Both the position numbers and the translations under genes were made by a program. Positions 9,449 to 17,027 of a stretch of DNA of 64,000 bases are shown here, in pieces. The stretch's first letter is position 1, and each line of letters begins with the position of its first letter. This DNA comes from a virus. Lineage: Duplodnaviria > Caudoviricetes. The stretch lies in the IMG/VR virus record IMGVR_UViG_3300028738_000008. The stretch is one strand, 5' to 3'. A model generated the notes under the pieces. It did not search any database, was not told where the DNA came from, and saw nothing but the letters and a program-made list of their open reading frames with translations.

Positions 9449-9523
9449 GCTCCTATCGTCTAGTTGGTTCAAGGCGTCTGTTTTACAAGCAGAATATCGG
9501 TGGTTCGAATCCATCTGGGAGCA
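9449..9523 (+). tRNA. tRNA-Val(TAC)
   Basis: TCTGT-TTTACAA-GCAGA. Confidence 0.9.
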
Positions 9524-9532
9524 CAAATTTAT

Positions 9533-9605
9533 GGCTTAGTAGACCAACGGCAGAGTCATCAGACTTAAACCCTGTACAGTGTGGGTTCGAATCCCACCTA
9601 AGCTA
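9533..9605 (+). tRNA. tRNA-Leu(TAA), short variable region
   Basis: Loop CTTAAAC; GGCTTAG/CTAAGCT; A73; imperfect anticodon stem. Confidence 0.75.
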
Positions 9606-9612
9606 CAAATAT

Positions 9613-9686
9613 GGCTCAGTATCCCAATTGGCAGAGGAAGTTGACTCAAAAACAACTAGTTGTCGGTTCGAATCCGACTTGAGCTA
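9613..9686 (+). tRNA. tRNA-Leu(CAA), short variable region
   Basis: GTTGA-CTCAAAA-ACAAC. Confidence 0.8.
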
Positions 9687-9697
9687 CAATATAATAT

Positions 9698-9770
9698 GGA
9701 TCGGTAGACCAACGGCAGAGTCACTTGTTTTAGAAGCAAGCCAGTGAGGGTTCGAATCCCTCTCGATCTA
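9698..9770 (+). tRNA. tRNA-Leu(TAG), short variable region
   Basis: CTTGT-TTTAGAA-GCAAG. Confidence 0.85.
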
Positions 9771-9780
9771 CAATATTTAT

Positions 9781-9867
9781 GGGGAATTGATGGAATGGTA
9801 GACATCCTAGTTTTAGAAACTAGTGCGAAATAATAGTAGCGTGTGAGTTCGAGTCTCACATTCCTCA
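9781..9867 (+). tRNA. tRNA-Leu(TAG), long variable arm
   Basis: CTAGT-TTTAGAA-ACTAG; GGGGAAT/ATTCCTC. Confidence 0.9.
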
Positions 9868-9986
9868 CGCAATATTCAATGGGAACGCATGTGTTAACAT
9901 CGTGGCGTCCGTCACGTAGATGGGAAACAGAACAGGGAGCATGCCTAGAATCTCGTTTAGGGTTGGAGATTTACTTTAATAATTAT

Positions 9987-10060
9987 GGGGCAGTAGCTCA
10001 ATTGGCTAGAGCACTACACTTGCAATGTAGAGGTTGTGGAATCGTCCTCCATCTGCTCCA
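9987..10060 (+). tRNA. tRNA-Ala(TGC)
   Basis: CTACA-CTTGCAA-TGTAG; G3:U70 pair. Confidence 0.9.
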
Positions 10061-10088
10061 CTGATAATCAGGAGATTATCTATTTTAC

Positions 10089-10178
10089 ACGTCTATGTCC
10101 GAGTGGCTTAAGGAACTGGTCTCCAAAACCAGCGTGGGTGACACCATATCCAAGGTTCGAATCCTTGTTGGCGTGCCA
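10089..10178 (+). tRNA. tRNA with Trp anticodon (CCA) on a Ser-like long-variable-arm body
   Basis: CTGGT-CTCCAAA-ACCAG; D region TGTCCGAGTGGCTTAAGGAA; 18-nt extra arm; G73; encoded CCA. Confidence 0.75.
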
Positions 10179-10199
10179 GAGAATAAATGTTGCGAATCT

Positions 10200-10225
10200 T
10201 GTAACATTTATTCTTTTTTTTCGTA
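10200..10225 (+). promoter_or_regulatory. ECF-type promoter
   Basis: TGTAAC-N16-CGTA(TAAT), same motif as in the 55-64 kb region. Confidence 0.7.
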
Positions 10226-10245
10226 TAATTTGTAAAAATAACAAT

Positions 10246-10434
10246 ATGAGAGTTAAGATTGGCGATAAAATTGTGGATACAGAAGACGAGCCTATCATGC
10301 TTATTTTCGAAGACGATGCTGAAAGAAAAATGGTTGCGAATACAATTGGCGACATGATTTCAGGCTGTAAACGTTATTGCATGTATCCAAAAGATACCGA
10401 TATTGATACTATTAATTTTTTCATGATATGTTAA
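10246..10434 (+). CDS. Hypothetical protein
   Basis: ATG 10246 downstream of the ECF-type promoter; the longer track ORF overlaps tRNAs. Confidence 0.65.
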   Translation: MRVKIGDKIVDTEDEPIMLIFEDDAERKMVANTIGDMISGCKRYCMYPKDTDIDTINFFMIC

Positions 10435-11108
10435 TTATTTCAAAGAAAAAGGACTATTACGATGGCGTTGTTCAAACAACAGGCATTGATAAGACAATTG
10501 TTTATAATAGAAAGCAAAATGATATCAGAGATTCATTCGATGATTATAAAAAGCTTCCAGCGGACTTAATTAAGTTGGTTGAAAATCTCACAGCCTTTCA
10601 TTTGGATACTAAGAAGACTAATTTGGAATTAAAGGGGATTTACATAATCGCTTTTTGCGGACAAATGTATGTCGCATGGGAAATGATTGACAGAAAACCA
10701 TTCAATGATTATGATCCGAAATCAATTATAACGTATGATTTAAAAGGCATGCAAGAAATTGTTATCGATAAAACATGGCGTGATGCTGTTGGCATTGTAG
10801 ACGCTTATAGAAACCTTGTTAATTACGACCCTATGAAGCTTCACAGATTATATAATAGTCCTGTTTTCGCCATCGATACGGCATTTGTAAGGTATGGCGC
10901 ACGTGACTCCAACTTCATACTCAACCCAACGTTGAAAACGTATAAATTCTTCAAGCTTTTTGATTCATTTCAGGCTTTGCAAGAAATTCAAATGTTTATT
11001 TCTGGTGTGTTGGGAACTGGCGAGAATAAGATGATAGAAGTAGCTGATAAATATAAAATAGAAAGTCATGGATTCGACAAAACATCCTTCCGAAAAGAAA
11101 AAAAGTGA
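10428..11108 (+). CDS. Hypothetical phage protein
   Basis: 226 aa, coupled to the upstream ORF. Confidence 0.8.
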   Translation: MLIISKKKDYYDGVVQTTGIDKTIVYNRKQNDIRDSFDDYKKLPADLIKLVENLTAFHLDTKKTNLELKGIYIIAFCGQMYVAWEMIDRKPFNDYDPKSIITYDLKGMQEIVIDKTWRDAVGIVDAYRNLVNYDPMKLHRLYNSPVFAIDTAFVRYGARDSNFILNPTLKTYKFFKLFDSFQALQEIQMFISGVLGTGENKMIEVADKYKIESHGFDKTSFRKEKK

Positions 11109-11177
11109 GCCTGAAAACTGCTGCGGCAAAACTGCCAATGTCATTGAGCAGAGAAAGAAAAGTAAAGTAAAAAAGAA

Positions 11178-11582
11178 ATGAGATTATTAATATTACTTTT
11201 TTACTTACCAATATTATCCTTTTCGCAGACCACTGTGATCGGTCATGTTTCAGCAACTGTAATTGAGTCTGTGTTTGTCAAGAATGTGTATAATTCTGGG
11301 TATACGGCAATAGATAAGAGTATCGACTCAACAACCGTTACATCTGCAATCATAACTACAACGCAGTTCAATCCGAATATTTTTACGATTACAATTCCAA
11401 CAACAAGTAAAATTGTTAAGAATACTAATGGCAAGGATTCAATGAGTGTTTTCAATTTTAAAACCGTTGGGTTTAAAATTGACACAATTACAATAAATGG
11501 GATAGTAGCACCAATGCCAAAGCAATCTTCTGGCAATTATATATCGACTACGCCCATACCAATCATAGTAAATTATAATTGA
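11178..11582 (+). CDS. Secreted beta-sandwich protein, DUF4402-like
   Basis: Signal peptide, GHVSATVI, C-terminal IIVNYN. Confidence 0.65.
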   Translation: MRLLILLFYLPILSFSQTTVIGHVSATVIESVFVKNVYNSGYTAIDKSIDSTTVTSAIITTTQFNPNIFTITIPTTSKIVKNTNGKDSMSVFNFKTVGFKIDTITINGIVAPMPKQSSGNYISTTPIPIIVNYN

Positions 11583-11617
11583 AAAAGGGAAGCTTTATTA
11601 GCCTCCCTTTTTCTTGT

Positions 11618-12691
11618 TTAGTATTTGGTTGAGTATGTGGCATACATTTTGAAGTCATTTTTCGTTAAAGCAGAGTCTCCGCCATCACGACCAGACATCT
11701 TGTCAGCCAATTTTTTTGCCAATTTAGCATTGTATATCAAAACATTTACCATTTGCGGATTAAACTCATATTTATCAATGTTATTTAAATATTCGTCGTC
11801 AGCTGGGTTATACATTAAGGTAATACTGGCATTTTTTTCTTGTGAGAAGAATGTAAATGCAAATATGTCCCCATTATTAGCACCTCTTAACTCGACTTTA
11901 GCAAATCTAAATGGAACTGGAGCACTTTGACCAGATGATCTATCCATAATCATAAGCTGAACATCAATGTTATTAAGATACTTCTTAAATAAGCTATCGA
12001 GAACATCTTGTCTTATCTTTCTAGTTCGTGAATCGGTTCTATCCGCCTTAAATGCTTTAGCTCCCATTTCGGGCCCGATTTCATCAATAGCCAAATCCGC
12101 TTTAAATGACTTATTATCAGCATTTTTATCATAAACATCGCCATCATTGAACGATTTAATGCCGTCACGTGGACGAACGTCTTGATCTTCATCCATATCA
12201 TTTTCGTCATCAACAGTATATTTTCCAATATCCTCAACTCCAACTCCTTCAATTGAATCGTCAGTAGTTCCGTCATTAAGATCGGCTTCATCCATTTCGC
12301 CTTCATCTGACATTCCATCATCGCCAAAGAAATTTTCTCTACTCTCAACAAAGTCACCCCAAGAGGTCGCTAGAAATTGTTTGTTCTTTGTATCGTAAAC
12401 AATTGTTTTTGTATATGTATCACCCATATTAACATATATGCCAATTGCATCCCTGAAATAATTGTCAACGAATTCATTTTCATCTGTAATAGATTCCACA
12501 CCATATCCTTCAAGATATTTATTAGCCGCATCCATAGCATTTTCAGCGGCTGCGTGTGATAAATGTTGTGTATTAAGTTTCTCAGCATATTTTTCGATCA
12601 TATCGCCATTTTCATCGGCTTCATTTGCGTTGAAGTTTTGATCCATTCTACCCATGACTTCAAATAGTCTGTTTTTACTAGTTTTTTTCAT
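11618..12691 (-). CDS. Acidic hypothetical protein (putative virion-internal)
   Basis: 357 aa; N-terminal SKNRLFEVMGRMDQNF similar to 8059..8829. Confidence 0.8.
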   Translation of the reverse strand: MKKTSKNRLFEVMGRMDQNFNANEADENGDMIEKYAEKLNTQHLSHAAAENAMDAANKYLEGYGVESITDENEFVDNYFRDAIGIYVNMGDTYTKTIVYDTKNKQFLATSWGDFVESRENFFGDDGMSDEGEMDEADLNDGTTDDSIEGVGVEDIGKYTVDDENDMDEDQDVRPRDGIKSFNDGDVYDKNADNKSFKADLAIDEIGPEMGAKAFKADRTDSRTRKIRQDVLDSLFKKYLNNIDVQLMIMDRSSGQSAPVPFRFAKVELRGANNGDIFAFTFFSQEKNASITLMYNPADDEYLNNIDKYEFNPQMVNVLIYNAKLAKKLADKMSGRDGGDSALTKNDFKMYATYSTKY

Positions 12692-12697
12692 ATTGTT

Positions 12698-13129
12698 TTA
12701 ATTAAATCCTACTATGCAGGTATTATTTTTAAAATCGAATTGTAAGTCAGCAGCATATAATGTTCCGCCATTTTGTAATGTCGCTCCGCCGATAACATAC
12801 TTCCATTTATATTCGTTAATGTTTTTCTTTGTGCTTGAAATAAGCTCGTCACTATTCTTATCACGTAATTCGAGATCAAAAGTACCTGTCAAGCCATTTA
12901 TAACAATTTTCATAAGTCCAATACCCTCTTCGTCAGGATTAAAGCCAACACCCCAGCTAAGTACAATACTACTATCATTAATATCTGACTCATACTCGGA
13001 TGATATGTTATCATAATTAAAAAAATGTGACTGAGCAATTGGTTGTGTGAAGGCGAATTGTCCGTTTGTGAATGAGTAATTCTCATTGATTGACTTTATT
13101 TCGTCGTCGATTATTTTGTTAATATTCAT
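12698..13129 (-). CDS. Hypothetical protein (putative virion-associated)
   Basis: MNINKIIDDEIKSINE N-terminal motif; late-type motif upstream. Confidence 0.75.
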   Translation of the reverse strand: MNINKIIDDEIKSINENYSFTNGQFAFTQPIAQSHFFNYDNISSEYESDINDSSIVLSWGVGFNPDEEGIGLMKIVINGLTGTFDLELRDKNSDELISSTKKNINEYKWKYVIGGATLQNGGTLYAADLQFDFKNNTCIVGFN

Positions 13130-13232
13130 AATGTCAATATTTTTATAATAAATACTTACACAAACTCTTTTCGTTTGTATTTATGTTAAAACAATTTAAA
13201 GCATATTTTTTTATTAAAAATACCTGATTTAT

Positions 13233-14855
13233 ATGAAAACATTACACGAATCGCCATTTGTATATTTATATGAAAACTCTGGCCATAAGGAAAAAACTGT
13301 TCGTAGCATTAATATAAATGCAAGTAAGGCACAAGCAATATACGTTCCAGTGCCACCACCAACAGTTAACGCCTTATTAATGACTTTTAATGATATATCA
13401 GGTACTTTTGTTACAGACCCATCATCTGTTGAAGAATGGAACATATTTTTTGATTTACCAGTAAATGGTAATCCGTTTACATCTGTCTCAATATCTTCAA
13501 ATACCGTTAGTTTATTTGGCGGTAGTGACATAACTCTAAAAAATTACTTATTCGGCGATACTGATTTTGGAAACAATCTGTTGGAGTTCATTGATGATAG
13601 CGGAATCATTATTAATAGTGGTAATGGAGCATTTAGCGATACAGGCGAAATTGGTAATGGATGCCACAATATAACAAAAATATCAATGTCAGCATGCGTA
13701 TCATTAGGTGATGAAACATTTGCTGATTGCTATTCATTAACAGATTTATCATTACCATTCGATAGTTATGTTACCTTGGGTTCAAATATTTTTCGTTCTT
13801 GTGGTATGGCATCATTAAGCTTTTCATCATTAACAATGGCTGGAGATAGCTGCTTCAATAGCTTGTCACTTTTAACTGAATTTAGTGCACCAATATTAAT
13901 CGTTGCGGATATGAATTGTTTTTCTGGATGCGTTGCAATATCAGCAATATCATTGCCGTCATTAACAACGGCTGGAGACGGCTGTTTCAGTAATTGCGTA
14001 TCGTTATCAATTCCTGATCTACCAATTGCAACAACTGCTGGAGTTAACTGCTTTTACAATTGTTCGACATTATCATCATTATCATTACCAGATTTAGTTA
14101 CTGCTGGAGAAAGCTGTTTCAGTAATTGCGTATCGTTATCAACTGTCGATCTGCCATTATTAACAACTGCTGGAAATGGTTGCTTTTACGGTTGTCCATT
14201 ATCATCATTATCATTACCAGATTTAGTTACTGCTGGAGAAAGCTGCTTTATGGGAATAAGATCATTTACTACCATGAATTTACCATCCTTATCATCGATA
14301 GGTACTACTTGTTTTCAAGATTGCGCATCTTTGTTAGCAGTTAATTTACCAGCATTAATCACAATGGGCGAAGGCTGTTTTAATGGATGCACATCTTTAC
14401 TAACAGTAGACATGCCACAGTGTCAAACAGCTGGCGGCGGTTGCTTTAGTTATTGTACGTCGTTAACATCAGTAGACATGGCATCACTGATTTCAATGGG
14501 AAATTCATTTTTTTTAAACTGCATATCTTTAGTGACATTAAATCTTCCTTTATTATCGTCTGCCACGCAATCTTGTTTTGCGACCTGTACATCATTGGTA
14601 GACATCAGTTTACCATCATTAATATCAACTGGTAATTATTTCTTTAACGGCTGTACGTTATTAACAAACATCAGTTTACCGTCATGCGTTAGTTTAGGAC
14701 TTACTTTATATAATGATTCAGTTTTCAATAATATTACAGGCAAAAAAATAACTTTAACAGTGCCAACAGCTTTAATGACTTGTAATAGTGGATCGCCTGA
14801 TGGTGATATAGCTTATTTACAGGCTAATAACATAGTAACACTGATAACAGTTTAA
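13233..14855 (+). CDS. BspA-type (LRR_5) leucine-rich repeat protein
   Basis: Many 22-23 aa repeats of the form SLPSLTTAGDGCFSNCVSL. Confidence 0.85.
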   Translation: MKTLHESPFVYLYENSGHKEKTVRSININASKAQAIYVPVPPPTVNALLMTFNDISGTFVTDPSSVEEWNIFFDLPVNGNPFTSVSISSNTVSLFGGSDITLKNYLFGDTDFGNNLLEFIDDSGIIINSGNGAFSDTGEIGNGCHNITKISMSACVSLGDETFADCYSLTDLSLPFDSYVTLGSNIFRSCGMASLSFSSLTMAGDSCFNSLSLLTEFSAPILIVADMNCFSGCVAISAISLPSLTTAGDGCFSNCVSLSIPDLPIATTAGVNCFYNCSTLSSLSLPDLVTAGESCFSNCVSLSTVDLPLLTTAGNGCFYGCPLSSLSLPDLVTAGESCFMGIRSFTTMNLPSLSSIGTTCFQDCASLLAVNLPALITMGEGCFNGCTSLLTVDMPQCQTAGGGCFSYCTSLTSVDMASLISMGNSFFLNCISLVTLNLPLLSSATQSCFATCTSLVDISLPSLISTGNYFFNGCTLLTNISLPSCVSLGLTLYNDSVFNNITGKKITLTVPTALMTCNSGSPDGDIAYLQANNIVTLITV

Positions 14856-14902
14856 ATTAATTTGAAGAATTTAAACTTTTTTATAAAAAATCACTATTTA
14901 TA

Positions 14903-14934
14903 CTTGCAGATGTAATTTATTTGAATTACTTTTG
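14903..14934 (+). promoter_or_regulatory. Bacteroidota housekeeping-sigma promoter of tRNA operon 3
   Basis: CTTG-N20-TACTTTTG. Confidence 0.8.
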
Positions 14935-14963
14935 CACCAGTTAAAAACAATTAAAAAATAGAA

Positions 14964-15041
14964 ATGATGAATGCAACACTTAAATACGGAAAGACTACTA
15001 AATCTTATAAAAAATATAAGATGAAGAAGGACTGTGTGTAA
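14964..15041 (+). CDS. Leader peptide 3 MMNATLKYGKTTKSYKKYKMKKDCV (Lys/Tyr sensor)
   Basis: 8 Lys and 3 Tyr in 25 codons; lies between promoter and terminator. Confidence 0.85.
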   Translation: MMNATLKYGKTTKSYKKYKMKKDCV

Positions 15042-15063
15042 GTGAACTATATATAATATATTC

Positions 15064-15098
15064 AAAAACCCAGTCTTAATTTAAGTCTGGGTTTTTTT
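15064..15098 (+). terminator. Attenuator terminator 3
   Basis: AAAAACCCAGTCTTAA-t-TTAAGTCTGGGTTTTT plus T run. Confidence 0.85.
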
Positions 15099-15112
15099 AT
15101 GTTAAAAAATTC

Positions 15113-15184
15113 GCTCCTATAGCTTAATGGTAAAGCCTTCGACCTTTAATCGAATGACCCCTGAATCAGTATCAGGTGGGAGCA
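15113..15184 (+). tRNA. tRNA-Lys(TTT)
   Basis: TTCGA-CCTTTAA-TCGAA; variant T loop. Confidence 0.8.
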
Positions 15185-15200
15185 CAGAGTATAGTAAGTC

Positions 15201-15271
15201 GCTTCTATAGCTCAATGGTAGAGCTTGTAACTTTTAATTATAAGACCTCGGTTCGATTCCGAGTAGGAGCA
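15201..15271 (+). tRNA. tRNA-Lys(TTT)
   Basis: TGTAA-CTTTTAA-TTATA. Confidence 0.85.
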
Positions 15272-15281
15272 CAAAATTATT

Positions 15282-15354
15282 GCCTTCGTAGCTTAATCGG
15301 GAAAGCTGTACACTCTTAATGTAAGGAGCGTGAGTTCGATCCTCACCGAGGGCA
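15282..15354 (+). tRNA. tRNA-Lys(CTT)
   Basis: Loop CTCTTAA; GCCTTCG/CGAGGGC. Confidence 0.9.
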
Positions 15355-15361
15355 CAAATAT

Positions 15362-15443
15362 GGGATGGATGGTAAGCAGGCGAAATCAGCGGATTGTAAA
15401 CCCGTCGCTACCAGCTATTTAGGTTCGAATCCTAACCGTCCCA
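15362..15443 (+). tRNA. tRNA-Tyr(GTA)
   Basis: Loop TTGTAAA; long variable arm; A73. Confidence 0.85.
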
Positions 15444-15502
15444 CGTGAGAGACCGTTATAATTTCAAAGTCCACTTGGTATCGGAAGCGTAGAAATTAAT
15501 TT

Positions 15503-15586
15503 GGGGATGTATGCAAATGGTTGAAGCAAGCGGTCTGTAAAACCGTGACGTAAGAGACGATGCTGGTTCGAATCCAGCCAGCCCCA
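15503..15586 (+). tRNA. tRNA-Tyr(GTA)
   Basis: GCGGT-CTGTAAA-ACCGT; long variable arm. Confidence 0.9.
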
Positions 15587-15648
15587 CTTGGTAGACTGTT
15601 ATAATTTCATAGAACCCATTAAGTGTGGTATGCGTGGAAATTAAAAAT

Positions 15649-15729
15649 GGCGGCAGACGGGTAATGGAAATCCTAGGGGCATGCAATCCTGAGTCACAGA
15701 CTATGTTGGTTCGAATCCAACCGTCGCCA
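15649..15729 (+). tRNA. Atypical tRNA of undetermined identity (best-centred anticodon TGC, possibly GCA), long variable arm
   Basis: Good T arm and acceptor GGCGGCA/CGTCGCC; weak anticodon stem with loop CATGCAA; extra arm AGTC-ACA-GACT. Confidence 0.5.
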
Positions 15730-15753
15730 CAATGAATTAAAAATTAATTAGAT

Positions 15754-15993
15754 ATGGAAACATTAGTAGAAATCATCAAAGGAAATCGTGCCGTTATGTC
15801 GCACGTATGCAATGCTAAAGCTTATTTTATCATTGAAACAATGAATAACAAGTATCAACTTGAAATGGACAGCACTGATGGTGATTGGAAGACAACACAC
15901 ATGCAGACTGAATACGCTGCTATCACATTAATGCGATGGATACGCCGAGGTATTGACGAAAAGGACGGAACATTTATATCACTATATGAATAA
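15754..15993 (+). CDS. Hypothetical protein
   Basis: 79 aa ORF after the tRNA cluster. Confidence 0.7.
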   Translation: METLVEIIKGNRAVMSHVCNAKAYFIIETMNNKYQLEMDSTDGDWKTTHMQTEYAAITLMRWIRRGIDEKDGTFISLYE

Positions 15994-16049
15994 GTTACAA
16001 TCAGCTTGGAAATAAGAATGGCGATTGAAGAAATTTAGTCGCCATTTTT

Positions 16050-16075
16050 TGTAACCTTTTTGGTTTCTTAACGTA
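16050..16075 (+). promoter_or_regulatory. ECF-type promoter upstream of the suppressor tRNA
   Basis: TGTAAC-N16-CGTA, 15 nt before the tRNA 5' end. Confidence 0.7.
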
Positions 16076-16089
16076 TAAGTATTAAAATT

Positions 16090-16161
16090 GGCTCGTTAGT
16101 TCAGCGGTTAGGGCGTCTGACTCTAAATCAGAAGGCATGGTTTCGAATACCATACGAGCCG
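16090..16161 (+). tRNA. Amber suppressor tRNA (anticodon CTA)
   Basis: TCTGA-CTCTAAA-TCAGA perfect arm; GGCTCGT/ACGAGCC; G73. Confidence 0.9.
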
Positions 16162-16175
16162 CAAATAATTATAAT

Positions 16176-16472
16176 ATGAGAAAAATAACTGTTGAAAATG
16201 TGATGGCTGATGATCCTATGAAGGTACTCCAGCAATGGCGTAGCGTTAATGATAAGATCACCAGATTCATAAACGTGGCAAATCCAAGGGTTTATATGTT
16301 CATATTTGGCGAATCAGAAGGCATGCGACTATGGGAACATTTCGTAAACAATTGCGACAGACATGATTTCCAGAAATTTATGACATATTTAACATCAGAG
16401 CAATACAATGACCTGATGATCAATTTATATTATAATGACGGCATGTATTCATTGGTGCATTATAACGATTAA
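16176..16472 (+). CDS. Hypothetical protein
   Basis: ATG 16176 directly after the suppressor tRNA. Confidence 0.65.
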   Translation: MRKITVENVMADDPMKVLQQWRSVNDKITRFINVANPRVYMFIFGESEGMRLWEHFVNNCDRHDFQKFMTYLTSEQYNDLMINLYYNDGMYSLVHYND

Positions 16473-16482
16473 TAAAAAAAGA

Positions 16483-16514
16483 CTTGCATAATTGAATTAT
16501 TTAGTTTATTTTTG
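16483..16514 (+). promoter_or_regulatory. Bacteroidota housekeeping-sigma promoter of pth2
   Basis: CTTG-N20-TATTTTTG. Confidence 0.75.
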
Positions 16515-16549
16515 CAGTCTATTAGTATTTAATATTAAAAAGTAAGATT

Positions 16550-16879
16550 ATGACGTAGGTTAAATTAGTAACAGTAACAAGGAAAGACCTCAAAGCAGGT
16601 TATCAATTAGTACAGTCAGCACACGGCTTAGCTGAGTTTGCACATGTATATCCAACACATTTCAATGATTGGATGCGAGATTCAAAGTATCTCGTTTCAT
16701 TGTCAGTCGATAATGAAGAAAACCTCAAAGAATTATTTAGTGAATTAACCAGTAATGGCGCAATCATTGTGGCATTTAACGAACCTGATATAAATGATCA
16801 GCTGACATCGATATGCTTTTATGGTACGCCAGAGATTAGGAAATTGACTGAACATTTAGATTTAGCATTAAAAAATTAA
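16550..16879 (+). CDS. pth2: Peptidyl-tRNA hydrolase, Pth2 family, with in-frame TAG at codon 3
   Basis: ATG ACG TAG, then in frame VKLVTVTRKDLKAGYQLVQSAHGLAEF...FNEPDINDQLTSICF (Pth2 N-terminal V-R-x-D-L...Q-x-x-H motif and EPD motif); the track ORF 16673 is only the C-terminal part. Confidence 0.8.
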
Positions 16880-16883
16880 CGTT

Positions 16884-16913
16884 ATGAGAAAGATATAGAT
16901 ACGTCCTCCATAA
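16884..16913 (+). promoter_or_regulatory. Amber-containing minigene MRKI(TAG)IRPP(TAA) inside a hairpin
   Basis: ATG AGA AAG ATA TAG ATA CGT CCT CCA TAA; CGTTATG at 16880 pairs with CATAACG at 16909-16915. Confidence 0.5.
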
Positions 16914-17027
16914 CGTCATAGGAAACTATGAATTTGCAATTCGCAAATTGCAAATCACATGCATGAATCATTTAGAATGACGACTGTATTAATTATAAAT
17001 GAATAAATTTAAATAAAAAAACACATC

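Noticed and set aside
16090-16161. Pyrrolysine tRNA
   Set aside because: Standard D arm, 5-bp anticodon stem and normal variable loop; no pyl genes in the window.
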